Shown piece after piece: positions 49,809 to 62,005 of a stretch of 64,000 bases of DNA. The notes below the pieces were generated by a model. The model searched no databases and was not told the origin of the DNA. It saw only the letters and a list, made by a program, of their open reading frames with translations. The DNA comes from Psilocybe cubensis. Its lineage: Eukaryota. The DNA lies in contig CM039006.1 in the NCBI GenBank assembly GCA_017499595.2, forward strand, positions 620,001 to 684,000. Direction: 5' to 3'. Every line of letters starts with the position of its first letter. The first letter of the stretch is position 1. Both the position numbers and the translations under genes were made by a program.

Positions 49809-52292
49809 ATGATGTTCAAAATATTAGTAGCCAATCGAGGAGAGAGTGAGTCTAAAACAGCGCTTCCATTGTTTGCTCCAGACCTTATGATACCAATCAG
49901 TTGCCACTCGCATATTACGCTCTGCCTCTGAGCTCGGGTGGAAGACCGTAGCCATCTACACCGAAAACGACACCAGTCATGCAACCTACGCTGACGAAGC
50001 CGTCAAACTTGAAAGCGTCGTAGGTTTTCTCGACGTAGATACCATTGTCACTATAGCCTATAGGTACGTCCTTCAGGATGTATGTACTTTGGCGCAATTA
50101 ACGCTTCTTCTAGTACAAACTGCACACATGTGCACCCAGGTTACGGTTTCCTCTCTGAATCTCCAAAGCTCCCCGTGGCACTGTCGCGACAGCAAGGCGG
50201 CGGCAAATGTATAGAATTCATCGGACCTTCACCAGAGGCACTCCGAATTGCGTCTGACAAGATGCTGTCCCGCGAACTTGCGACTCTGCTCGGTATTCCC
50301 GTTTCCCCTGGGAGACACATCTCTACCCCAGAGGAAATACGTCAGTTTTCTCGGAATTTAGGGCATAGATACCCATTGATCATCAAAGCTCTCGATGGAG
50401 GAGGTGGACGCGGAATTCGTATTGTAAACTCCGAGGATGAGGTAGAGGAAGCTTTCCAAAGGTTTGTGGTATTTCAGACCTACCTATTAATCGCGCCGGA
50501 ATACTTAATTTAGTCATAGATGCATTGGAGAAAGTCCTTCCAAGCAAGCATTCGTCGAAAAGGCACTGGCGGGTCCTGGCTGGAAGCATGTAGAAGTACA
50601 GGTGATAGGAGATGGAACCAACGTCAACCATTTCTGGGAAAGAGAGTGTAGTGTTCAGCGCCGGTACGTAAATGCCTTGTTAATGTTTCTATAGTGTATA
50701 TTGAGCTACGCATAGTTTTCAAAAGCTTGTGGAGGTGATTTGAAGCGGTATAGCTTGTTTATTTCAACCTCTTACTAGTTTTTCTTCAGATTGCTCCTTC
50801 ACGCCTACCGCGATCGGCAGTTCAACCTCTCATCGATGCTTCCTTAAAGATGGCTCAACGACTGCAATATAAAGGCCTCGGTACATTCGAATTTCTCCTC
50901 AATGCCCGATCTCCTTCCGACTGGGTGTTTCTCGAAATCAATCCACGGATCCAAGTCGAACACACTGTTACCGGTATGATCTGTCTATTTTATCTCCATG
51001 CTTGTTTCTGACAAGCTTTAGAGGAAATAAATGACATCGATCTCGTTCGTACACAACTTCTTCTTTTCTCTCCCTCTACACGCACGCTCGCTTCTCTCCG
51101 TTTCGACCGACCACCCACTTCACCGACGTCATATGCAATTCAACTTCGTGTCAATGCTGAGGATCCATCGAAAGGCTTTCAACTGGCGCCGGGGACATTA
51201 CTTCCGCAAGACGTGGTATGGCCTCTAGGCAGGGGCATCCGGGTTGACACCTGGCTTAGCATAAGTCCCTCCGGTCATTCACCAGACGCAAAGTTTAATG
51301 TTGGCACCGATTTCGACTCGCTACTCGCCAAGATCATTGTAAAGGGCGCGTCCTTTGAAGAAGCTACGCAGAGGGGCATCCGTGCGTTACGAGAGCTCCG
51401 AGTCGGCGATTCTAGCAAAGAAATAAGCGGATTCAAGTCAGTGAAAACCAACGCAGTTGTTTTGGCAGGTACTCTTAGTCATTCCGATTGGTTTGGGACG
51501 CACGGGGAGGTGGATACACTGTGGTTGGAAAGGAATTTGAGAGACGTGATAGAACTGGGAGACAAAGTCCTGCCTCCAAAGGCAATCGTTGGGTTGCAGA
51601 AACCGACGTCAGCCGGTGCTATGAATGGACATGAATCAGGCCCTTCTAGTGGGGCAGGTAGCGTCCTCCTTCAACCGGGAACCTTGTTCTCTCTTATAAT
51701 GTCTCCCTCCGGACAAAGTGTGGGTGAAAGCTCTAGAACGGGTGGCACTGTCAAGCACTCGATTACGATCACCTCTATTGAACGAAACGCGTTTCCTCAA
51801 GTTCTTTCTGGGACGTTTCTGTCAACTCTTCCATCCCCCTTCGCGTCTGTTGACTCATCGGGTCTGGGAAATGCATCGCAAGTACCTATTCCATTCACAC
51901 TAACTCAATCAACATCTGTGAATGTGTCAGGCGGACAGCAACAACAATTTGAACTGGCCGATCCTAACGCTAATGGACACATAGGCTCACCGATGACCGG
52001 GAAGGTTGTCGAGTTGCATCCTGCTCTCCTTCAAGCTCTATCTAATAGTACGGGCACGACTCACAAGGACAAAATCAAGGTTCGTCAAGGCCAACCCTTG
52101 CTTCTGTTGAGCGTTATGAAGATGGAGAATGCCATCGTTGCTCCTTGGGATGGATACGTACAACGTGTGGGGAAGGGTATTAAGCTCGGCGTGGTTTTAG
52201 GCGAGGGCATGCTCGTTTGTGTGCTTGAACGAGGATCGAATTTGCCAACTGATTCCGGAAGCGATAACAATAATGGGAGGGCACGATTATGA
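49809..52292 (+). CDS. Acyl-CoA carboxylase, biotin carboxylase plus biotin-carrier (alpha) subunit
   Basis: ILVANRGEIA, HPGYGFLSE, GGGGRG, ERECSVQRR, EINPRIQVEH, VMKME; C-terminal ARL (PTS1-like). Confidence 0.92.
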
Positions 52293-52407
52293 ACATCCCA
52301 TTAATTGGGAACTTGGCGACAACGTTGGAATATCTGATCGATAGTTCGCTACTGTACAACATGAAAAAACCACCTTGATATATATGCGCGTTCTTTTGGT
52401 TTCCCTA

Positions 52408-53869
52408 TCACTCGAATTTTGCGTAATAACTGTTCCACCCGAGTTGATCGAGTGTCCAGCCCCAAACTTGTCCGTACTTGGGATCCGCAGCATTGCAAAG
52501 ACGTTGGCCACGGTCGAGGTGCCAGATTTTCTCGATGTCCACTTCAGAAATGTTGGGAATCTGAAAGCCAGATGTCAGTGATATTCTTCGAGTAAGGCAA
52601 GTAAGTTCCGTTCTTACGTTAAGATTCTCCTTCTGTCTTGTACTGTCTTTGCTAGTAGGTATAACTACATATTTTCGAGACAGATGCCAGGCCAAAATGA
52701 CTTGAGTAGGGGTCACATTGTACTTCTCGGCCAAGCTGACAATGAGCGGGTCATTTCGGACGGTGCTGTATCCTAAATCGATGGACAATCAATACCATTG
52801 ATTCGGAGAGATCAAAAAATGATACTGACCACTGGGAGTGTATGCTGTCATCAAGATGCCTTTCCTGGTGCAATAATCACGCAGCCCGTTCTGGGCGAGA
52901 TAAGGGTGCATCCTATGATGTCAATCAGATCAGTTTTGGAGGGGTCTATAATTTACTACTTACTCGACTTGATTAACAGCTGGTACAACTTTTGCGGTTG
53001 CCAACAGTTTTTCCAAACTGTAAAATTACCGATTAGAATATTCTCTGATATATTTGTCGAACTTGGGGGCGTACTTCATTACAGAGAAGTTACTGACTCC
53101 AATGGCTCTCACTTTCCCAGTGTCGAGAAGTTTTTCCATCTCGGCCCAGGTGTCATTGAATGATACATCATCGTCAGTCTTGTAGGAACCATCGGCTCTC
53201 CGTGGCATCTCGTTGCCTTCATGGAAGGAAATAGGTTGAGGCCAGTGGAGGAGATACTGCTCAAAAGATCAAAATGTATACCCCACAGAGTATAAATAAA
53301 CATACTAAATCGATGTACCCGGTTCCCAGGTCCGCCAAACTCTCCTCAAAAGACTCTCGTACGCGAGTCTGGTGATGCCAACTATGGATAGAGTCAGAAA
53401 GCGCGATCAAATTAAAAGGCGTTTATACTCACGGTAATTTGGTCGTGACAAATATTTCCTCCCGAGGTAAACCCGACTCTTTGATTGCTATTCCAACAGA
53501 TTTTTCGGTGCCTGTGAGACCGCAGTCAGAAACCGTACACTCAAGGACGTGCTTATCAGTCTTACGATATCCCCAGGCAGTGTCTATGTGACGGAAACCG
53601 TTCTGAAGGATAGGGGAAAGGCGCAATTGAGCTTCACCGCCCTTGCTGAGGTTTAACATATGTTTGGAGCACTGACCTTGATTGCGCTAAGAATCCAGCC
53701 CGGAACAGCTGCTTGAGCTTTATCATCCGTAGGTGGAGCGTATGATCCAGTTGCTGGAATAGTTACAGTGGGATCAGCTTCGCTGGCTAGACGCTGGGAA
53801 AGAGGGTTCAATACCTAGAAGAGGTATTTCTACACCGTTGTTGAGAGTGGCCTTCAAACTGCTGGACAT
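52408..53869 (-). CDS. Aldo-keto reductase
   Basis: LNNGVEIP, GFRHIDTAWGY, FVTTKLP, LLHWP, VRAIGVSNFS, VIPTS. Confidence 0.93.
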
Positions 53870-55075
53870 GATGGATGTAGAAGATGAAGAATTTGGGTAT
53901 GCAATGAGAAGTGAGTGGGATTTCCACCGATTACTGGTGTTTATATATCTATTTCTCCACCCATGTGATGAACGTGGAATCTCGAACTTGGAAGGATATG
54001 TTCATGACGCTTGAGTATTGACACGTGCTTTTCATTCTTCTTTAAGAAAATCAGTGATATCTTATTTAGATTTAAGGTATACTAGAAAAGGTTCGTCATA
54101 TAAATAACGGCTGTTCTATGAGCCAAGTGTTACTCAGCAGCAACTTGGTACTAAGTGATAAACTGACTAATGATACGCAAGGATGGGAATACCCAATGAC
54201 TAAACATAGGCATTAAGATGCATATGACTCGAGCAAGTCTTCCTCATGAGTCATTAAAAAAAGTCTCGTCAATCCCAGGGGGTGTTAAATTGCGGTGTCC
54301 GCGGTACCAGGCTCCTATAAAGCCCCTATTTGTATGCGGCATAGTGGCCCGGTTCCGGCCCAACGGAAAGCACAGATTTGAGAGGTTGATCTATCACATC
54401 TCGCATACCTACATTGAGATAGAACGCAGAAGTATATCTTATTCTGTTGAACAGATGATACTGACTCAAGAAAACACCTTTGCTCACCCTGACACGTCGC
54501 GACGCGTACGCTTCATGTCTCAGTCACGATCACGTGAATAGGGGCCCGGGCACGCGACTTCAAAACCAACAACAATTTCGAGCAACAGTAAATCTTTTAG
54601 TTTTAGGGAGTACCAGGCGGTGTAGTGTGCATTATTTATTGCTCCCCAGAATCCGTAATATGGAAGTCAAAAACATTTTCGATTGACTCCGAGTTCGACC
54701 TGCCTATCGACACCAGTCGACACCCCATGCGAATTTGATACACCGTGAGAAAGTCACCCAAGTGTGGTTCGGGGCTGAATGCCAAACAAAAACAATTCAA
54801 TCAAAGGAGTGGCATCTTATCTTCCCGTGTACACCCGACCTCAATGAGATTCAGCTCACATCCGCGTACTGTTCCCTTCATATTCTTTTTCTGCAACGGA
54901 AATCGTTTGGCTCTGGTTTATCTATCGAGTCTTGCCCAGTCCAACAACGCTATTCCAGTGACACTTCATCAGGTTCTCCAATTTCAAGTTGATTCCGACA
55001 AACCAATGAGAATTGATGTCTGAGCTCTGCATGAATATGGTGGGTTCGTTGTTCCTTTCTCACCCCCTACTACAT

Positions 55076-55166
55076 GTGATGAATTCATGTCATATGAATT
55101 CGAGCGAACGCCGTTTAGTATCAAATGTTGCGCAATGTGCATCCGAATAAATCCTAGTTATCCTGA
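55076..55166 (+). ncRNA. Candidate intronic box C/D snoRNA-like RNA, copy 2
   Basis: GTGATGA...CTGA inside predicted intron 55040-55228, with box D 62 nt upstream of the 3' splice site. Confidence 0.6.
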
Positions 55167-56006
55167 CCTTCTCTTGTCAATGATTTTTGTTTTCATTTCG
55201 CACAGGCTGATTACTTCCCTTTTGATAGATCTCAAAGACCTGACAGTCTTTTTGGATATCGTAAGTTGAATCTGTGAAGCTTTCTTGCGGAGTAGCCTTA
55301 AATCTGGACTGTTCGCGCCTCTCGAGCTTTGTGCCTTGCCGTTCATTGTCATGCATTGTTTCACTGTGAGGTTTCAATCCACGTACATCGACCTTTCTTC
55401 ATCGTCCGTTGACCGCATCAAGCGGGGACATCTTATATCTTGCCCTACTCAACCGTCTTTAGGGGACAAACTTGTGCTGTCCCAAGGGAGACCTCGATGA
55501 CCTGGACAACGACATCCCCAGGATTCACATCATACGACATGGACGAGGGAAACGACAACAAACGAGTCTGTCGTTGCAATCTTAAGGTAATCGGAGGGTA
55601 GAGGAAGGGCAGAGAATCATCTCGTGAGCAGCTACATGTACGATTGTGCAACATCTGCTTTGACTGGACGCCACCGTTTTATCAAAACAGCAGAAAAACA
55701 TTGCCTCATTTCTGGAGAATATTTGCTTTTGTGGTGAAATTTTCAACTTTGTTTGTTGTAGCCCACGGCCTGGTTGTTATCTTTGTGCTTCCATTTTTAA
55801 CTAATTATCATTTGCGTGGTACTTAATATAAATGCTTTCATAGCTCAAAATGAGGATCAACACCAACTAGCTCAGTCCATTGGCGCTTCGACGACGTCCT
55901 TCCCCACCAACGGTGGAACTTCCATTTATAAAATTGTTGAAGGCATCAAACTGTGCTTGAACATATGTACACACTCCGGAAATCGAAATCCAGCATTGAT
56001 TTGTCT

Positions 56007-58120
56007 TCAATTGCCATCAACAATTAACCTCCTTGCCGCAGGAGATCGAACTTCGAATGAACACTGAAATTTGGCCTTCTGGCTGAGCCGGCCATGAGCA
56101 AGGTAAGTCGCCACAGTCAAACCCATGCGAAGTTGTTGACAAATACGTACTGCATTAGACCCAAATCTTCAATTTCATGGTTGATATCAATTTCATTGCC
56201 ATTTTCGTCTTTGGCTTTAACAATATTGAAACAAGCAAGAACGGAGGCCATCATAAGCCATAACTATGGTAGTGAAATGTCAATGGTTTTCTTTTAAAGA
56301 TGATCCAATATAGAAGCCTCATACTGTTGAGCTCGCCATGTGTTTTCCAACACAAATCCTGGAATGACACGAGAGTTAGGTTTGCCAATGCGTACCGCAT
56401 ACATTACAGTTCCTATTATCTCACCGGCGGCCGAACCCATATGCTATAACACGGTCATCGCCAATCAACTTTCCGTTTTCATCAAAAAATCTCTCTGGCT
56501 TGAAAGTATATGGTTCAGGATAGTCTTCTTCATCATGTGTCATTGCCCTATGGAAGGTGTTATTCTATCATATAATTGAGAATATGGTCGCAAACAAACC
56601 AGATATTTGTAAATACAGTTGCACCTGTGCAAATGAACATTAATAGGACCTGGAGATGTCACAGATACTGTTCAGACCTTTAGGAATTAAATATCCCTTG
56701 TAGTAATTGTCCTCGGTTACGCGATGCGGTACACCAAGAGGCAATGGAGGTCTCATTCTCATGACTTCACGATATATGGCCTCAACGAATGGTAGCGACT
56801 TCCTATCCTCCAACGTAGGAAGCCGTTTGGAGCCTGTCAGGCCGTCGATCTCTTCCTGCGCCTTCCTTTGTACATCGGGGTTTGCTGCCATGAGGTAGAA
56901 AAATGAACCAGTAGACGATATTGTCGTATCTGACGCGGCTGTGAAGGTTTAGACATATTTAGTACAGAAATTTTTGCGGACGCCAGAAATGTTGTACTAA
57001 CCGCCATTGACTGTATAGGCAATATTGCGTATTATTTCTTCCTCTTCATTTGAAGCACCGAGTGTTTGCTTCTTCTCAATAAAATTTGTAAAAAATGATG
57101 GAGCAGCCTTCCCTTCTTCCTGCTCACAGAAATTCTAGGCACCACGTTTTGAATATCGAGGTAGGACTCACGAAATTTGCCTTTACTTGATCCACTGGAA
57201 TCCTGATCACCTCCTCTGTCATACGGCCAATCATGTCCGCCTTTCTTAACGAAGTAGCACCAGGAAACCAAGCTGGAATATGTCGAAGGACAGGGACAAT
57301 ATTAGCTAGGCTACCGCCTGGCATAAGTAAATCCGTCCCAAGCTTGACAGCCTTGTGCGCTAAAGCTATACACGGCTCATCCGCCGATTTTATTTCGATC
57401 CCATACATCATTTCCATCGTAAGGGATATTGAAAGCCTGTAAGTAGGCTTTATTACAGCGGAATAAATGCAGATAAGAAATCCACCTTCATTTTATTGTG
57501 AGCATCAAAGTCCTTTGGCGTGTCGCACAGAGCCCGAAGCAATTGAATCACTTTGTTTGTCAAGATACCATGGTACTGTTGAGACCCTTTCAAGCTAAAA
57601 TTCTCCTGACTGATTCTTCGGTATTGCCTCCATTCATCTCCATATCTTAAGAAGCCAAAGTTGCGATACCACCCCATCCTTGATATGTGTCAGCCAATGT
57701 TGTTTGGTTGGAAAGAATATAGTATCTCTTACCGATTCAAGATTGGGATATAGGGTCTATCAGAGTATAGCTTAGCCCTCCTTTCGCATAACTCAATGGC
57801 ATCTTCTCGCTTGTTGACGACAATAATACGATTTCCCAGAGCCTCTGCAGATACCACGGTACCTTAATAGCAAAGGTTACGTCAATATGTCAAAACACTG
57901 CAAATGTGGAATAAAACGCACTATTGTATTTCTTGCCCCATTCTATATAGCCATCGGCAGGCCACGCTGTAGGGAAATCGAATGCATTTCCCACCAGTGG
58001 CTTGGGAGGTGGACCAGGAGGGTAGGGACCACGGGATGCAGAACGATTGATATAATCAATAAACATCTTGAGTCCGAACATGCCCATAAAGACATACACC
58101 AGTGTCGTAGATTCTGGCAT
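56007..58120 (-). CDS. Cytochrome P450 monooxygenase
   Basis: N-terminal anchor, PPGPPPKPLVGN, EVMR (ExxR), PERF and heme motif YGFGRR-ICVG. Confidence 0.95.
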
Positions 58121-58785
58121 GATTGCGATTAGGCGACGTGGAGGAGGGAAAGCGAGTTGAAGCTTGAAGATTTACACCCGTGGTTTATATGTGAACCCTG
58201 AATTCCGAGTTTCCAAAAAAATGAAAATAGAATGATATTAAGACTTACATCTGTGATCTCAGGCTGTCCCACACCATGAACATGTGTCCTTAAAATCAAT
58301 ACAGCTAGTGTTTTCGCTTGGCTTCGATGTCCATGATATTAATGCGTGGGCATCTCTGACCTGAAGAAAGATAAGTCGAATACGTCAGAGCTGTATAGAA
58401 ATAGGTTAAAGCGGTTGGATTGCGAGTGTCGATCGGGAGCGCCGCTTTAATGTCTAGATATATGTTGGTTATCATTATGTTATCGGAGAAAGAGATAGAT
58501 AATCACCATCGAAAGCGAGTTAGAAAGGCAGCTCTTTGATAGGTCCGCCCGGTCGAGGGTGCTGACCCACAGCGAGGTGGTGACTTGTGATGTTATAGTA
58601 ATTGAGTCAGATTAGGTCTGAGATCTCATAACTTAAGGAGTGCCCTCCAGATTAGACTGGTGGGTGCAGTCTTCCCAGAGAAACCATAAGATTATGAAAG
58701 TGAGAAGATAAATATGTGGCAAGTGTGTTTGAACCAATTCGAGCCCATTAGGTGTTGAGTCAGCGGCAATTTCCGTGCGGACCTG

Positions 58786-60419
58786 ATGGTAAGTTGAACT
58801 TTGATGACAGTCTTTCTGTTCTGATTCGACAGTCATCAGAGATGGACATACTCCACATACCCTTCTACTTTGAACCAGGCCTGGGGTTATATGATATGGA
58901 GAAACGGTTTACATTTTGGGCGTCCCCAGAAGTTCGAGAATGGTTCAAAGCCCGCGGATACACCCTGTATGAGCGTTGCTGGGAAGAGGATATGATACTC
59001 GATACATCCATACCAGCTATTCCCCCCCAGACTGATTGCGGTGAAGCCGAGTATCCTTACGCATACTTTGACACAGATTCTGAAGAACCCGAAGAGCCCA
59101 AGATGCCGCTCCGGTCAAGGGACATGACCGTAAGTCGTTGCTCGCTCAAACTACGCAAGCAAAAACAACCAACTGGTTTCTAAAGGGTAAGGCCGGGTTT
59201 GCGCAAGATGCGTTAGGCCGACATGTTGCAATCAAGATTGTGCGTGCGGACACCGACGAATATCGCATTTTGCGGTTTTTACATGAACAAAGTCTGGACA
59301 CACTCAAGGAAAATAGCATAATCCCTGTTCTGGAACTAATACCAAACGGAGCCTTCTGGTTTGCGGTCATGCCTCGGTAAGAAATTGCTAATTTACGTGT
59401 TCATCTCAGTACTAATTATTATCGAAAAGATGGGCTTTGTATATTGATACACCTGAGCCTGTGTACATCCATGAAGTTGTTTTTATCGTACATTCTCTGC
59501 TCAAAGTATGACTCTTACTTCGGTCATTCGTATACCTAATTCGTTTTATAGGGTCTTCATTATTTGCATGCTAATAACATCGTCCACGGGGTTTGGTTCT
59601 CCTTAATTCACCGTTATACATCTTGTTAATGGTTGTATCCTTGTGTAGGACATTTGCTCTGGAAATTTTCTCGTAAATCACATCACCGATGACTGGATAG
59701 GGATACCCAGGCGCGGTCACCTACGCGCTGAGAAGCGCCTGTTGTATGCCTTGTTTGACTTCGACCTTTCCATTATACCTCCATCTGGAACCGGCTTCCA
59801 GCTGACAGATCCTACGGCTCGTTTAACCTGAGCAATGATACTTCGGCCGGAGAATTCGACTACAACCCTTTCGTACTTGATGTCGGTGGTATGGGTGTCT
59901 TTTTTTGTAGGAAGTATCAGGTGAGCGTGTTACCTCGTCCTTATCCCATTTCTAACATAGATTTTTTAGCACATCACCGACCGACTTCCAATTCTTGCAC
60001 CACTTCTCGATATGATGACCCACAGAAACCTTAAACGCCGATTCACCGCAGACGAGGCATTGCTATTTTTTGAGGACCGTGCTGCAGAACTTTCGGAGGC
60101 GGAATTGGCAGCTGCAATTCGCCCAACGAAAGACAGAGAGGCCGGCATAAAATATGATAATTATGATAGATGGGAGGACCTCCCACCATTATTCGTGGAT
60201 AGATGGAAAAAGTATAGAGCAACGCCTGTGCCTTGGTACACAAGATTGCTTCGCCGATTCTGCGCAACAGAATTTGGGGAACGTTATGTGCCAAAAGTGC
60301 GTTATTTTATGTTTAGACTTTGGTCTATTCCATCCACATTCTTCAAGAGACTTCTTCCAGGAAAAATTGCTCTTAAAGTAGTGTTTATTGTAGATGTCAT
60401 TGCTATTAGACATAATTGA
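58786..60419 (+). pseudogene. Fungal protein-kinase-like gene K5 with a frameshift near 59790
   Basis: Same exon layout as K3. After DFDLSIIPPSGT the frame hits TGA, and RLPADRSYGSFNLSND continues in another frame. Confidence 0.75.
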
Positions 60420-61176
60420 TATACCTGAAATACTTTCTTTTGTTTAGTTGTCATGATGTGGCGCATAGCCCACTGGCATACATTGAGGGAAAGCTGGATT
60501 ATTAAGCGCTCGTCATTGAACACTACTATTGCGTATGCTCGTACTCGCTATTAATCCATATACTTGCAAAAATAATTGACCAGCCGCAAGACACAATCTA
60601 CTCGTGCTGTGCTACACATTCCTGACTGCGTCGTTCCCAAAGCCACGGGGTCCGAAAACCGCTCTCCACTTGATATGAGTTCTCTTCTCTTTGTAACTCT
60701 TGGAAGCATTCACATTTTTCTTCCTCCATGGCGATCTCCCGAAAGATGAGTTGAATGCATCTATTAAAGACAGCTTGATCATGACCATTAATCATGTCAA
60801 TGGATTGGAGTTTAAATGATTCCATTTCGACTCGATTTATGCTGAATATTCTAATCTAACTGTAAAGCTATGACATAACTAATTTACGAGAGAAATTCAG
60901 CTTGCATACCACTGTTATGATTTTTAAAGCAAGAAATTATGGAAGCCTTCAAAGCATTGCTTCAGTCAAAATTCTTTGTGCAATCTTTCAAACAGTAACT
61001 TGGAAAAAATTTCTAAATTTTCCACATCGACACTCTGGTATGTATAAAAGCCCAGCGTGCAAAGCGGTGAAAGTCAGAGAACTTTACTCATCTACATCTC
61101 ATAAACAGTAAGCTCCAGCTACAGTCAGTACACAAATCTGCCTTTCTGATTCCAGTCTCTATCAAAGGCATCAACA

Positions 61177-61497
61177 ATGTCTAAAACCGCTCAAGGCAGA
61201 ATCACCGGAACATCTGGTACCCGCTTCACAGCTACCTTTGTCCTTCCTGGAAGCGGCATGCAGGTCAACTATCTCGGAAATTTTAGTTCCAGCATCCAGA
61301 CTTTCAACTCGGCAAATGCCACTTTGAAATACAATGCAGACAATGAGCTCACCGCTACTCGTCAATTCGACGGCCAGCTCGGGGTCAACAACATCAAGCT
61401 CACGTTGACGAATGGACCTGTCATCGAAGGAGTTCTCGACATGCCTATCTCTCCTCCCAGCAGCGTTTCTGGAAGCGGTGTCTGGGCCATCAATTAG
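61177..61497 (+). CDS. Small 106-aa beta-strand-rich protein
   Basis: TATAAAAG at ~61043, good start context (caacaATG), alternating hydrophobic pattern, no signal peptide. Confidence 0.8.
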   Translation: MSKTAQGRITGTSGTRFTATFVLPGSGMQVNYLGNFSSSIQTFNSANATLKYNADNELTATRQFDGQLGVNNIKLTLTNGPVIEGVLDMPISPPSSVSGSGVWAIN

Positions 61498-62005
61498 GTA
61501 AAAACAATACGAGGAACTTGCGCTCTCACTTACGCCTTTCTTCTTTCTTACACAGCAACCTTCTGCTCTCCAAGTATTGTTTTCGTAAGCAATTCCTAGT
61601 AGAAAGAAATTACTTGCGTTGGGAGAACGGATCCATCGACTAGCGTTATTTCTTTATTTTTGAAGTTTACGAATACACCCTACTGCTGTAATACAATACA
61701 TTTGTGGTGATACGTCCAGGAACCTTGTCTCCTCTGGGGGATACAAGAATGCCTTACTAAGAGTTACTAACGACAAGAGGATAACACGATCTGAAGTTCA
61801 AATGGTAGTATAAGCGCCCAAAACCGGTGATCCCCGAATTGGATACCCACCTAATTCTGTGTACGCATCGTTCTTGACCAATTAATATTACACATAATCG
61901 CCACAAGTAACAGAATTATACATGCATATAGCTAAGCTACGCTGATTTATATCTATCGTGTTATATCAGCACACCACCTTGGTCTACAAACCATTTCCAA
62001 AAAAA

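Noticed and set aside
52408-60419. Known secondary-metabolite cluster (e.g. psilocybin) suggested by P450 plus kinase
   Set aside because: No decarboxylase, methyltransferase, PKS, NRPS or terpene synthase in the window, and the kinase belongs to the local multi-copy protein-kinase-like family.
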